Below, piece after piece: positions 19,497 to 28,862 of a DNA stretch of 64,000 bases (position 1 is the stretch's first letter; each line of letters opens with the position of its first letter). This DNA comes from Candidatus Eiseniibacteriota bacterium (GTDB lineage: Bacteria > Eisenbacteria > RBG-16-71-46 > JABDJR01), in assembly GCA_963783375.1 (NCBI GenBank), contig CAWANH010000017.1, positions 32,001 to 96,000 of the forward strand. The letters are read 5' to 3'. A program made the translations under genes and the position numbers. The notes under the pieces were generated by a model, which had not been told where the DNA came from, did no database searches, and worked only from the letters and a program-made list of their open reading frames with translations.

Positions 19497-21068
19497 ATGC
19501 CGAGAAAGACGCGGACCCAAGTCACCGAGGAGACCAACGCGGCGCACGCACCGGCGAGGGAGCCAACGGGGCAAGCGGACAAGCCTTTCGGCTCGAAGAA
19601 GGCCGGATTCGTGCGCGATGAGAAGGCACGGAAGGGGGGTGATACCGCCCTGGCGGATTCGGAGCGCCGCTACCGTCGGCTCTTCGAGGCGGCGAAGGAC
19701 GGGATTCTCATCCTGAGCGCCTCCACCGGGGAAATAGTGGACGCCAACCCGTACCTGGAGATCCTGCTCGGGTATTCCCACGCGAGCTCCTGGGCAAGAC
19801 GCTCTGGGAGATCGGGCCCTTCAAGGACGTGTGCGCAAGCCGGGAAGCCTTTCGAGTATTGCTCGAGCGGGAGTATGTCCGTTACGACAACTTGCCGCTG
19901 GAGACCAAGGAGCACGAACGCAAGCACGTGGAGTTCGTCAGCAACGTGTATCTTGTCGAGGGTCGGAAGGTCATCCAGTGCAATATCCGGGACATCACGG
20001 AGCGCAAACTTGCCGAGGATCGCGCCCGAAAGGTCAACGATGATCTGTTGGCGTTGGTGGCCGAACTGCAAAGGCGGGATCGAGAAACGAAGCGGCACAG
20101 CGAGATGAATGAACTGCTTCAGTCCTGCACCACGCAGGAGGAGGCGTTCGAAATCGTGGGCTTGAAGGCGGGGGACCTGTTCGTCGGGCAGAGCGGATGC
20201 CTGGCGGTCATGAGGGCGGGCGAGCATCTGCTGGAGCCGGTCGCGCAGTGGGGTGCGGAGCGCTTGGTCGTCGCCGATTTCACATTGGATGATTGCTGGG
20301 CCCTTCGGCGGGGGCAAGTGCATGAGGTGACGGACCCGTCTCAGGCGATCGCCTGCCATCACTTCGCCAAGCCGCCCACCAGCAGCTATTTGTGCGTACC
20401 GCTCACCGTTCAGGGCGACACCCTGGGGGTCCTCAGCGTCGTCGACGCCCCGCCGGCGAGAGACGGAACAGCGGCAGGTCAGGCGCAGGTTGCGGTGTCG
20501 GTCGGTGAAACGATCAAGTTGGTGCTGTCGAACCTGAGACTGCGAGAGAAGTTGGGTGAGCAGGCCAACCGTGATGCCCTGACCGGACTGTTCAATCGGC
20601 GCTACCTGGACGACAGCCTGTCGCGAGAGTTGAGCCTGTCTCTGCGCCGAAAGGCGCCCCTGTCCATCGCGGTTCTGGACGTCGACCACTTCAAGGAGTT
20701 CAACGACACCTTCGGTCACGATGCCGGGGACATGGCCATACGCACGCTGGCGGAGTTGCTAGTCGGAGAACGTGCGCGCGAGCGACATCGCGTGTCGCCT
20801 CGGCGGCGACGAGTTCGCGCTCATCCTTCCGGATTCATCCCTCGCCGACGCACGAGTGCGCGTGAAGGAACTCTGCGCCCTCACGAAGCAACTGGATTTG
20901 CGGTACGATGGACGCGCGGTCGGTGAGATGACGCTGTCGGCCGGCATCGCGGTATCACCCGACCACGCCGGCACCGCCCGGGAACTGCTGCGCGCCGGGG
21001 ACGCGGCCCTTTACGCTGCGAAGGAGGCCGGGCGGGATCGGGTGGTGTTGTATGCGCCGGGAAGGTGA
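19497..21068 (+). pseudogene. PAS-GAF-GGDEF diguanylate cyclase split by two frameshifts (~19783 and ~20762); pseudogene or sequencing error
   Basis: SERRYRRLFEAAKDGILIL (PAS) joins ELLGKTLWEIGPF; GAF-like CWALRRGQ..CVPL; RDALTGLFNRRY, DVDHFKEFNDTFGH; last piece RASDIACRLGGDEF. Confidence 0.75.
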
Positions 21069-21180
21069 CGATGATCTCGGAAACGGCCCTGGAACTCCGC
21101 CGCTACAGCGGTTCGGGGTTCGACGCCGAGCGATCGGGAGCGGTCCATCGACGCCCGGCGGACGGTTTCACGGCAAGGCA

Positions 21181-21283
21181 TCGGTGAAGGCGGTTTCCGC
21201 ACCGGGGGGCCGGCCGGCCGGGGGGGCGGGGCCTCGGGTCAAGGATAGCATGGCCGTCGGGCGGTTCCCGTTCTACCATGGGG
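21181..21283. repeat. Direct repeat copy 2 (perfect 41 bp core 21230-21270)
   Basis: Core identical to 13538-13578. Confidence 0.92.
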
Positions 21284-21327
21284 TCGCCCCCGTCGCGCCG
21301 AACTCCAGCCGATCGGAGACCCGAGCC

Positions 21328-21973
21328 ATGCACGCCCATCGCCCCGGATCGCGGATCGTCCCCGCGCTTCTCGTCCTGGCCGCCGTCGATCGCCTCGATC
21401 GCCGCCGCCGGGTGCGGGAACTCCCATTTCGTCAGCACCTGGAAGGACCCGACCTTCACCGCCGGCCCCCTCCTGCGCGTCATGGTCATCGCGCCGAGAC
21501 GGAGCGAGATCCAGCGCCGGGTGTGGGAGGACGCCTTCGTGACCGAACTGGCCAAACGGGGGGTGGCCGCCACGCCCTCCTACCGGCTCTTTCCGGACCG
21601 CGTTCCGAGCGACGCGGAGCTTCGGTCCGGCCTCCCCGAGGACGCGTTCGACGGGCTGCTCCTGGTGGCCCGGACCGGGCATCGCGTCGAGAAGACGGTG
21701 ATGCCGCCCACCGTGACCCAGGCGTACCAGGAAGAGCGCTGGGATCCCTTCACCCGGGTCTACGAGCCGGCCTATCACGAGGTCGTCTCCCCGGGCTACG
21801 TGGAGAAAACCCGGGTGGTGAGCTTCGAAACCTCGCTCTGGGATCTTCGCGGCCCGGCCCGGATGATCTGGTCGGGGGCCACCGAGTCGACGAACCCCGA
21901 GCCGGGGAACGAGTTCGCGAAGAACCTCGCGTCCTACGTGGTGGAGCGCGTGGGGAACGGCAAGTTCATCTGA
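21328..21973 (+). CDS. Hypothetical lipoprotein (apparent frameshift near 21388 in the signal peptide)
   Basis: MHAHRPGSRIVPALLVLAAV joins IASIAAAGC; STWKDP..RRVWEDAFVTEL..FETSLWDL..IWSGATES. Confidence 0.7.
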
Positions 21974-22139
21974 GTCGGTTCGGGGAGCGGCGACCCGGCG
22001 ATCGCCCGGCCGGGCCCGCCCGCGCCGCGCGTCCGCACCGCCTGACGAGGCCCCGTCGCCCGGGTTCCCCGGGTTCGTCACCGTCGCCGGGGCCTCGGCC
22101 GGGGCACAGGACCTTACGAGGGTGAATTCGCGGCGGGAT

Positions 22140-22155
22140 TGGCCCCGGCCTTGCA
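22140..22155 (+). promoter_or_regulatory. Orphan sigma54 (-24/-12) promoter
   Basis: TGGCCCCGGCCTTGCA matches TGGC-N7-TTGCA; IHF-like CAG-N4-TTA at 22107-22116. Confidence 0.55.
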
Positions 22156-22161
22156 AAACGG

Positions 22162-22380
22162 GAGCCCCGCCACGCGAGCCCGGTCGCCAAGACACCAGCG
22201 CGACGGAGTGGCCGCGCCGATCGGGTCTCGTGGTTGCGGCTCGGCCGCCCCGGCGCCCTTTCGCCCTCCTTCGGGCCCGGGCCGCCCGCGCCGCACATCG
22301 GCACGCAGGTGTCCGCTCCGCTTCCCGGCCGCTTCGGAAAGGCGGCCTCCTCGCCGGACGGCCGGGGGCGGAGGGGGCAT
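22162..22380 (+). ncRNA. Candidate structured non-coding RNA
   Basis: Long stem 22162-22186/22218-22242 and second stem 22317-22332/22359-22373 in a ~510 bp gap between convergent genes; no credible ORF. Confidence 0.3.
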
Positions 22381-22486
22381 TTCCGGATCGCGCCCGGCGT
22401 CGGCCGGTTCGTGGGGAGGGGAGTCGGCGACCCGGCGGGAATCGCGGCGGCCGGACCGCCCGGGACGGAACGAGGGACCGTCGCGA

Positions 22487-24080
22487 TCAAGCCTGGTCGA
22501 AGGTCCCGTACACCGTCCGCAGGGCGTCGGAAATCTCGCCCAGGCTGGCCCGCGCCCGAACCGCGTCGACGATGGGAACGACCAGGTTCCCGTCGCCGCG
22601 AGCGGTCTCCTCGACCGCGGCCAGCGCCCGTCGCGCGGCACCGGCGTCCCGCTCCGCCTTGACCGCGGCCAGGCGCGTTCCCTGGGCGGCTTCCAGCGCC
22701 GCGTCCATCTGGAAGATCTCGGGCGGGGGCTCCTCCACCACGTACCTGTTCACCCCCACCACGATCCGCTCCCCGCTCTCCACCTCGCGCTGGAACCGGT
22801 AGGCCGAGGTATGGATCTCCTCCTGGACCCACCCGGTCTCGATGCAGCGGACCATGCCGCCGCGGCGGTCGATCTCGGCGAAGGTGTCGCGGGCCGCGGC
22901 CTCGAGCCGGTCGGTCAGCCACTCCAGGTACCACCCCCCGCCCAGGGGATCGGCGGTGTCCGCCACCCCGGCTTCCTCGGCCAGGATCTGCTGGGTGCGA
23001 ATCGCGGTCCGCACCGCCTTCTCGGTGGGGAGCCCCAGGGCCTCGTCCATGCTGTTGGTGTGGATGGACTGGGCCCCTCCCAGGACCGCGGCCAGGGCCT
23101 CGATCGCGGTCCGGACGATGTTGTTCTCCGGCTGCTGGGCGGTCAGCGACGAGCCCGCGGTCTGGGCGTGGAAGCGGAGCAGCATGCTCTTGGGATCCCG
23201 GGCCCCGAACTCCTCCTTCATGATCCGGTACCAGATCCGCCGCGCGGCCCGGAACTTGGCCACCTCCTCCAGCAGGTTCGAGTGGGCGTTGAAGAAGAAC
23301 GAGAGCCTCGGCGCGAAGTCGTCCACCGCCAGCCCCCGGTCGATGGCCGCCTGCACGTAGACCCGGGCGTTGGCCAGGGTGAAGGCGAGTTCCTGGGCCG
23401 CGGTCGAGCCCGCCTCGCGGATGTGGTAGCCGGAGATCGAGATGGTGTTCCAGCCGGGGACGTGGTCCCGGCAGAAGGCGAAGATGTCGGTGGTGACGCG
23501 AAGCGACGCCCGGACCGGGTAGATGTAGGTGCCTCGGGCGATGTACTCCTTGAGCAGGTCGTTCTGCACCGTCCCCGAGACCTTCTCCCAGGGGACCCCC
23601 TGCTCCTCCGCCACCACCAGGTACATGGCCAGGAGGATCGCCGCGGTGGCGTTGATGGTCATCGAGGTGGAGACGCGGTCGAGGGGGATCCCCGCCAGCA
23701 GCGTCCGCATGTCCTCGATGGTGTCGATGGCCACCCCGACCCTCCCGACCTCGCCCCGGGACATGGGATGGTCGGAGTCGTAGCCCATCTGGGTGGGGAG
23801 GTCGAAGGCGGTGGAGAGCCCGGTCTGACCGGCCTCCAGGAGGTACTTGAACCGCCGGTTGGTCTCGGCGGCGTCCCCGAAGCCCGCGTACTGGCGCATG
23901 GTCCAGAGCCGGCCCCGGTACATGGTGGGGTAGACGCCCCGGGTGTAGGGGGGCGCCCCCGGCTCGCCCAGGTCCCGGGCCGGGTCCAGGTCCGCGACGT
24001 CCGACGGGCCGTAGGACCCCCTGGACCTCGAACCCCGACGATGTCTCGAACTTCGGCCTGCGTTCCCGCGACCTTCCCAT
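22487..24080 (-). CDS. mutA: Methylmalonyl-CoA mutase, substrate-binding (N-terminal domain) subunit; frameshift near 24017
   Basis: FETSSG..joins..[24 protein letters not shown]; [17 protein letters not shown]; [12 protein letters not shown]; no DxHxxG B12-binding domain. Confidence 0.92.
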
Positions 24081-24616
24081 CACTTCTCCTCCTCCGGCGG
24101 AACCGCGTCCGCCGCCCCCAGCACCACCAGCACCGTCCCCTGATCCACCACGTCGCCGGTCCGGACCCGGATCTCGCGGACGGTTCCCCCGCGCACCGCG
24201 GCGAGGTCGTTCTGCATCTTCATGGCCTCGACCACCGCCACCGTCGCCCCCGGGTCCACGGTGTCGCCCACCGCCACCAGCACCTTCACCACCGAGCCGG
24301 GCATGGGGGAGACCACCTCCTCCCCGTCGCCGCCGGCGTGGGCCGCGCTTTCCGCCCGGGCCCAGAGTTCGTTGGACACCCGCACGTGGAAGACGTCGCC
24401 CGAGAGGTAGACGTCGGTTCCGTCCCGGGTGGCCACGGTGGCCGCCTCGTGGGACCGTCCGTCGATCAGGAGCGAGCGGGTGGGGCTTCCCGGGGTGGAG
24501 CGGGCGTCCACGTGGACCGCCTCCCCGTCGATCTCGATCCGGTACCCCTCGCCCTCTTCGGCGATGGTGACCAGGAACTCGGCGGATCCGTTGTGGACGA
24601 CGTAGCGGGTGGGCAC
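24080..24616 (-). CDS. Biotin carboxyl carrier protein of an acyl-CoA carboxylase
   Basis: SPMPGSVVKV..VEAMKMQN biotinylation motif; RBS GGAGAGG. Confidence 0.9.
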   Translation of the reverse strand: MPTRYVVHNGSAEFLVTIAEEGEGYRIEIDGEAVHVDARSTPGSPTRSLLIDGRSHEAATVATRDGTDVYLSGDVFHVRVSNELWARAESAAHAGGDGEEVVSPMPGSVVKVLVAVGDTVDPGATVAVVEAMKMQNDLAAVRGGTVREIRVRTGDVVDQGTVLVVLGAADAVPPEEEK

Positions 24617-24619
24617 GGG

Positions 24620-26206
24620 TCAGCGGGTCCTCTCCGCCGCGGCCGGGCGCGGGTGCGCGCCCCTCCGAGGCTCCGTCGCTCTGCGCGGCCTCATCGCCCC
24701 CGCCTCGTCGCCCCCGGCCGCCCCAACAGCCGCCAGGGGTTGATGCCGCTCCCGCCCTCCGGGAGCCGGGCGCATCCGCTGCTCCTCCTCGTGGGCGGCG
24801 ATCACCGCGGCGATCACCGCCGCCCGGCCGCGGTCGGAATCCGTCTCGCTCTCCATCCCTTTGAACACGGTTTCGATGAACCGGGTGTCGTAGTCCCCCC
24901 GGATGAACTCGTCCCGTCCCAGCACCCAGCGATGGAAGGGGATGTTGGTACGCACCCCCTCCACCAGGGCCTCGGCCAGGGACCGGAGCATCCGGCGGCG
25001 CGCCTCCTCGCGGTCGGCGCCGTGCACGATGAGCTTTCCCAGCATGGGGTCGTAGAAGCGGGTCACCTCGGTCCCGGCCAGGATGCCGATGTCGTTCCGG
25101 ATCCCCGGGCCCGCCGCCGGTCGAAGCCGGCTGATCCGGCCCAGGGAGGGAAGGAAGTTGTTGTAGGGGTCCTCGGCGTAGATGCGGCACTCGATGGCCC
25201 ACCCCTTGGGAACCAGGTCCTCCTGCTTCCAGGACAGGGTCTCGCCCGCGGCCACGCGCACCTGCTCCCGCACCAGGTCCACGCCGTAGACCAGCTCGGT
25301 CACCGGGTGCTCGACCTGGAGCCGGGTGTTCATCTCCAGGAAGTAGTGCTCGCCTCCCGCCCCGTAGATGAACTCCACCGTGCCCGCGTTCCGGTAGTTC
25401 ACCGCGCGGGCCAGGCGCACCGCGGCCTCGCCCATGGCGGCGCGAAGCTCGGGGGTCACCACCGTCGAGGGAGACTCCTCCACCACCTTCTGGTGGCGGC
25501 GCTGGAGGGAACACTCCCGCTCTCCGAGGTGGACCACGTTCCCCGCCCGGTCGCCCATGATCTGGATCTCGATGTGCCTCGGCTTGTCGATGAACTTCTC
25601 CAGGTACAGGGTGCCGTCCCCGAAGGCGTTCTCCGCTTCGCCGCGGGTGAGGTCGAAGGCCCGCTCCAGCTCCTTGGGGCCGGGGACCACCCGCATCCCC
25701 TTTCCGCCCCCGCCCGCCGAGGCCTTGAGCATGACCGGGTAGCCGATGGCCGCGGCCTGTTCCTTCGCCTCCTTCACGTCGGTCACCGGCCCCGGGCTTC
25801 CCGGAACCACGGGGACCCCGGCCCGGCGCGCCGCCTCGCGGGCCTGGAGCTTGTCCCCCATGGCGGCGATCGTCTCCGGCGAGGGCCCGATGAAGGTGAG
25901 TCCCGCCGTTTCCACCGCCCGGGCGAAGGCGGCGTTCTCCGAGAGGAAGCCGTATCCGGGATGGACGGCCTCCGCTCCCGAGCGGCGGGCCGCGTCCAGG
26001 AGCGCCTCCTGGTCGAGGTAGGACTCCGCCGAGGGCGGGGGGCCGATCGGGTAGGCGAGGTCGGCGAACCGGACGTGCAGGGAGTCCCGGTCGGCCTCGC
26101 TGAACACGGCGACCGACTCGATATCGAGCTCCCGGAGGGCCCGGATCACCCGGACCGCGATCTCCCCGCGGTTGGCCACCAGGACCCGGTTGAACGGAGG
26201 TTTCAT
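24620..26206 (-). CDS. accC: Biotin carboxylase subunit of acetyl/propionyl-CoA carboxylase (true stop may be 24691 if there is an indel near 24755)
   Basis: VLVANRGEIAVR, HPGYGFLSENA, KASAGGGGKGMR, ERECSLQRRHQK, EMNTRLQVEHPVTE, YDPMLGKLI. Confidence 0.95.
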   Translation of the reverse strand: MKPPFNRVLVANRGEIAVRVIRALRELDIESVAVFSEADRDSLHVRFADLAYPIGPPPSAESYLDQEALLDAARRSGAEAVHPGYGFLSENAAFARAVETAGLTFIGPSPETIAAMGDKLQAREAARRAGVPVVPGSPGPVTDVKEAKEQAAAIGYPVMLKASAGGGGKGMRVVPGPKELERAFDLTRGEAENAFGDGTLYLEKFIDKPRHIEIQIMGDRAGNVVHLGERECSLQRRHQKVVEESPSTVVTPELRAAMGEAAVRLARAVNYRNAGTVEFIYGAGGEHYFLEMNTRLQVEHPVTELVYGVDLVREQVRVAAGETLSWKQEDLVPKGWAIECRIYAEDPYNNFLPSLGRISRLRPAAGPGIRNDIGILAGTEVTRFYDPMLGKLIVHGADREEARRRMLRSLAEALVEGVRTNIPFHRWVLGRDEFIRGDYDTRFIETVFKGMESETDSDRGRAAVIAAVIAAHEEEQRMRPAPGGRERHQPLAAVGAAGGDEAGAMRPRRATEPRRGAHPRPAAAERTR

Positions 26207-26328
26207 GGCCAAGGAAGCCTACCCTTCGCGGGAGGCGGAAACAAGGCCGGGGAAGGGTCCGCGCCCACTTTCCCCGTCCTTCCCGAGGCCGTAAAGTAGG
26301 GGCCGTCCCAACCAGGAAAGGAAACGAC

Positions 26329-26835
26329 ATGGCATCCAAGGAATCCTTCGACGTCACCACCGGGGTGGACCTCCAGGAGGTGGACAACGCGGTGAACCAG
26401 GCTTTGAAGGAGCTCATCAACCGCTACGACTTCAAGGGGGTCAAGTTCTCGATCGATCTCGACCGCAAGGAGGGCGCCCTCACCATCCCCGCCCCCGACG
26501 CCTACAAGCTGGAGGCGATCTGGGACGTGCTCCAGACCAAGCTCCTCCGCCGGAACGTCCCCCTCAAGAACCTGAGCCGCGGCAAGATCGAGGACGCGGC
26601 GTCGGGCACCGTCCGCCAGAAGATCGAGCTGGTCCAGGGGCTGAGCTCGGAGATCGCCCGGGAGGTGGTGAAGGCCATCAAGGACGCGAAGCTCAAGCGG
26701 GTCCAGGCGGCCATCCAGGAGAACCAGGTGCGGGTGACCGGTCCCAAGCGGGACGATCTCCAGGAGGTCATCCATCTCCTGAAGGAGAGCGATTTCGGGG
26801 TGGAGCTCCAGTTCGGAAATTTCCGCTCGGGTTAG
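26329..26835 (+). CDS. yajQ: YajQ family nucleotide/c-di-GMP-binding protein
   Basis: SFDV..VDLQEVDNAVNQ..RYDFKG..RVTGPKRDDLQEVI..LQFGNFR. Confidence 0.95.
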   Translation: MASKESFDVTTGVDLQEVDNAVNQALKELINRYDFKGVKFSIDLDRKEGALTIPAPDAYKLEAIWDVLQTKLLRRNVPLKNLSRGKIEDAASGTVRQKIELVQGLSSEIAREVVKAIKDAKLKRVQAAIQENQVRVTGPKRDDLQEVIHLLKESDFGVELQFGNFRSG

Positions 26836-26977
26836 GCTCCGGCGCCCCTTCGGGGACGGCTTTCGATGGCTCCACGGGTTCGCTCCATGCCCGGTGGCTG
26901 GCCGGATAAGTGTTTGTCATAAAACGGAATACAGGCTCGTGGCCGCGGCCTCGGTGGTGGACCCCTCCGCTCCAAAC

Positions 26978-26986
26978 TGCTAGAAT
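26978..26986 (+). promoter_or_regulatory. Extended -10 promoter (TGCTAGAAT) for lat
   Basis: TGn+TAGAAT ~290 nt upstream of the lat ATG. Confidence 0.5.
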
Positions 26987-27070
26987 CAAGGGGTTCAGAC
27001 GGCCCTTCCCCGGATCCGGCGGACTCCCCGCCGGTCCTGGTGGACGGGCTTCTTCGATTCCACGGTGACC

Positions 27071-27148
27071 ATGACTCCGATTCTGACGTTCTCCATCCTC
27101 CGTCCCGAAACCTCGTTTCGGTACTCCCCCTTCCGGGGTTGGGGCTAG
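27071..27148 (+). CDS. Putative leader peptide (25 aa) upstream of lat
   Basis: ATG..TAG ORF MTPILTFSILRPETSFRYSPFRGWG with GGTGA 2 nt upstream (weak SD spacing). Confidence 0.3.
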   Translation: MTPILTFSILRPETSFRYSPFRGWG

Positions 27149-27279
27149 GCCGAGGGCCCAGGACCCACCCCGGCGGCCCCGCGCATGCGGTGCGGCCGCC
27201 CGAGCCGTTCATGGGCAGAGCGGGACCCTTCCCGCCGCCACCTCGGAACCGATCGACGTTCCGTTTGGGAGATTCCGAA

Positions 27280-28629
27280 ATGTCTACGCCGCTTGACGAA
27301 CGCCAGCACGTCGCCCCGGGGGAGGTGTTCGCCACCCTCCGGAAATCGATCCTCGTGGACGGATTCCACGTGGTGGTGGACCTCGAGAAGAGCCACGGCT
27401 CCAAGCTCGTGGACGCCCGCGACGGCAAGGAGTACCTCGACTTCTACACCTACTTCGCGAGCCTTCCCGTGGGCCACAACCACCCGAAGATGAAGGAGCC
27501 CGACTTCCGGAAGAAGCTCCTCCGGGCGGCGACGGCAAATCCGGCCAACAGCGACGTCTACACCGTCGAGTACGCCGAGTTCGTGGAGACCTTCCGCCGC
27601 GTCGCCCAGCGGGACTACCTGCCCCACGCCTTCTTCGTGGCCGGGGGGGCGCTGGCGGTGGAGAACGCCCTCAAGGCCGCCTTCGACTGGAAGGTGCGGA
27701 AGAACCAGGCCAAGGGAATCCGGGGGGAGTACGGGAGCAAGGTGATCCACCTCCGCCAGGCCTTCCACGGCCGGACCGGCTACACCATGAGCCTCACCAA
27801 CACCGCCGATCCGCGGAAGACCATGTTCTACCCGAAGTTCAACTGGCCCCGGATCGAGAACCCCAAGTGCATCTACCCGCTCACGGGGATGAACCTGGAG
27901 CGGGTGATCGAGGCGGAACGGCGGGCGGTGCACGAGATCTACGAGGCCGCCTCGGCGTACGGCGACGACATCGCCGCCCTGATCCTGGAACCCATCCAGG
28001 GAGAGGGCGGGGACAATCACTTCCGCGGAGACTTCCTCCGCGAGCTGCGGCGGCTGGCCGACGAGCTGGACTTCCTGCTCATCTACGACGAGGTGCAGAC
28101 CGGGGTCGGCCTCACCGGTAAGTTCTGGTGCTACGAGCACTTCGAGGGCGCCGAGCCCGATGCGGTGGCCTTCGGAAAGAAGATGCAGATCTGCGGGTTC
28201 CTGGGGGGGAAGCGCTTCGACGATGTGGAGAAGAACGTGTTCGTGGAGTCGAGCCGCATCAACTCCACCTGGGGAGGGAACCTCGCCGACATGGTGCGCG
28301 GCCAGCGCTACCTGGAGATCATCGAGGAGGAGAACCTGGTGGAGAACGCCCGGCTCCGCGGTGACGTCCTGTTGACCGGGCTCCGCGAGCTGCAGGAGCG
28401 TCATCCGGTGGTGACCCAGGCCCGGGGCCGGGGGCTCATGGCCGCCTTCGACCTTCCCGACACCGATTCGCGAAACAAGGTGCTGGCCCAGGCCCGGGAG
28501 GACGGGGTGCTGGGCCTTCCCAGCGGGCCGCGGAGCATCCGTTTCCGCCCGGCCCTGAACGTGACCGATGCCGATCTCCATCGGGGAATCGACATTCTCG
28601 ACCGGGCGATCAAGACCGTCCTGGCGTAA
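27280..28629 (+). CDS. lat: L-lysine 6-transaminase (class III aminotransferase)
   Basis: GGALAVENALKAAFDWK, AFHGRTGYTMSLTNT, EPIQGEGGD, DEVQTG, FGKK, SSRINSTWGG. Confidence 0.9.
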   Translation: MSTPLDERQHVAPGEVFATLRKSILVDGFHVVVDLEKSHGSKLVDARDGKEYLDFYTYFASLPVGHNHPKMKEPDFRKKLLRAATANPANSDVYTVEYAEFVETFRRVAQRDYLPHAFFVAGGALAVENALKAAFDWKVRKNQAKGIRGEYGSKVIHLRQAFHGRTGYTMSLTNTADPRKTMFYPKFNWPRIENPKCIYPLTGMNLERVIEAERRAVHEIYEAASAYGDDIAALILEPIQGEGGDNHFRGDFLRELRRLADELDFLLIYDEVQTGVGLTGKFWCYEHFEGAEPDAVAFGKKMQICGFLGGKRFDDVEKNVFVESSRINSTWGGNLADMVRGQRYLEIIEEENLVENARLRGDVLLTGLRELQERHPVVTQARGRGLMAAFDLPDTDSRNKVLAQAREDGVLGLPSGPRSIRFRPALNVTDADLHRGIDILDRAIKTVLA

Positions 28630-28697
28630 TCGACCCGCCGGCCGGACCCGGACGCCCGCATGAGGGACGCCCGGGTCCGGTGCGGTCAGGGTGCATG

Positions 28698-28711
28698 TTG
28701 GACCGGTCCAA
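28698..28711. promoter_or_regulatory. Perfect 14 bp palindrome (candidate operator) upstream of fbp
   Basis: TTGGACCGGTCCAA; a TATACT -10 lies at 28770-28775. Confidence 0.4.
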
Positions 28712-28862
28712 AGCGAGGGCTCGCCTCGCCGCCCGCTCCTTTCCCCGCCGATCCACTCAGATTCCATCGTATACTTGAGCCACTCGCCTCGATGCAATCA
28801 TCCACCGCGTCCCGGTAGGGCCCCGGGCCCGGGCGCAAGATCCCCGCAGGAGGCTTCCCCCC

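Larger units (their letters stand above)
13538..21270. mobile_element. Putative acquired island without integrase, delimited by direct repeats
   Basis: Bounded by the direct repeat; more A/T-ending codons than flanks by eye; lies between mce and the mutase cluster. Confidence 0.55.

Noticed and set aside
21974-22486. Cobalamin riboswitch, SRP RNA or tRNA in the gap next to the mutase
   Set aside because: Lies downstream of mutA; lacks a B12-box arrangement, the SRP CAGG..GGAA..AGCAG core and a cloverleaf with T-loop
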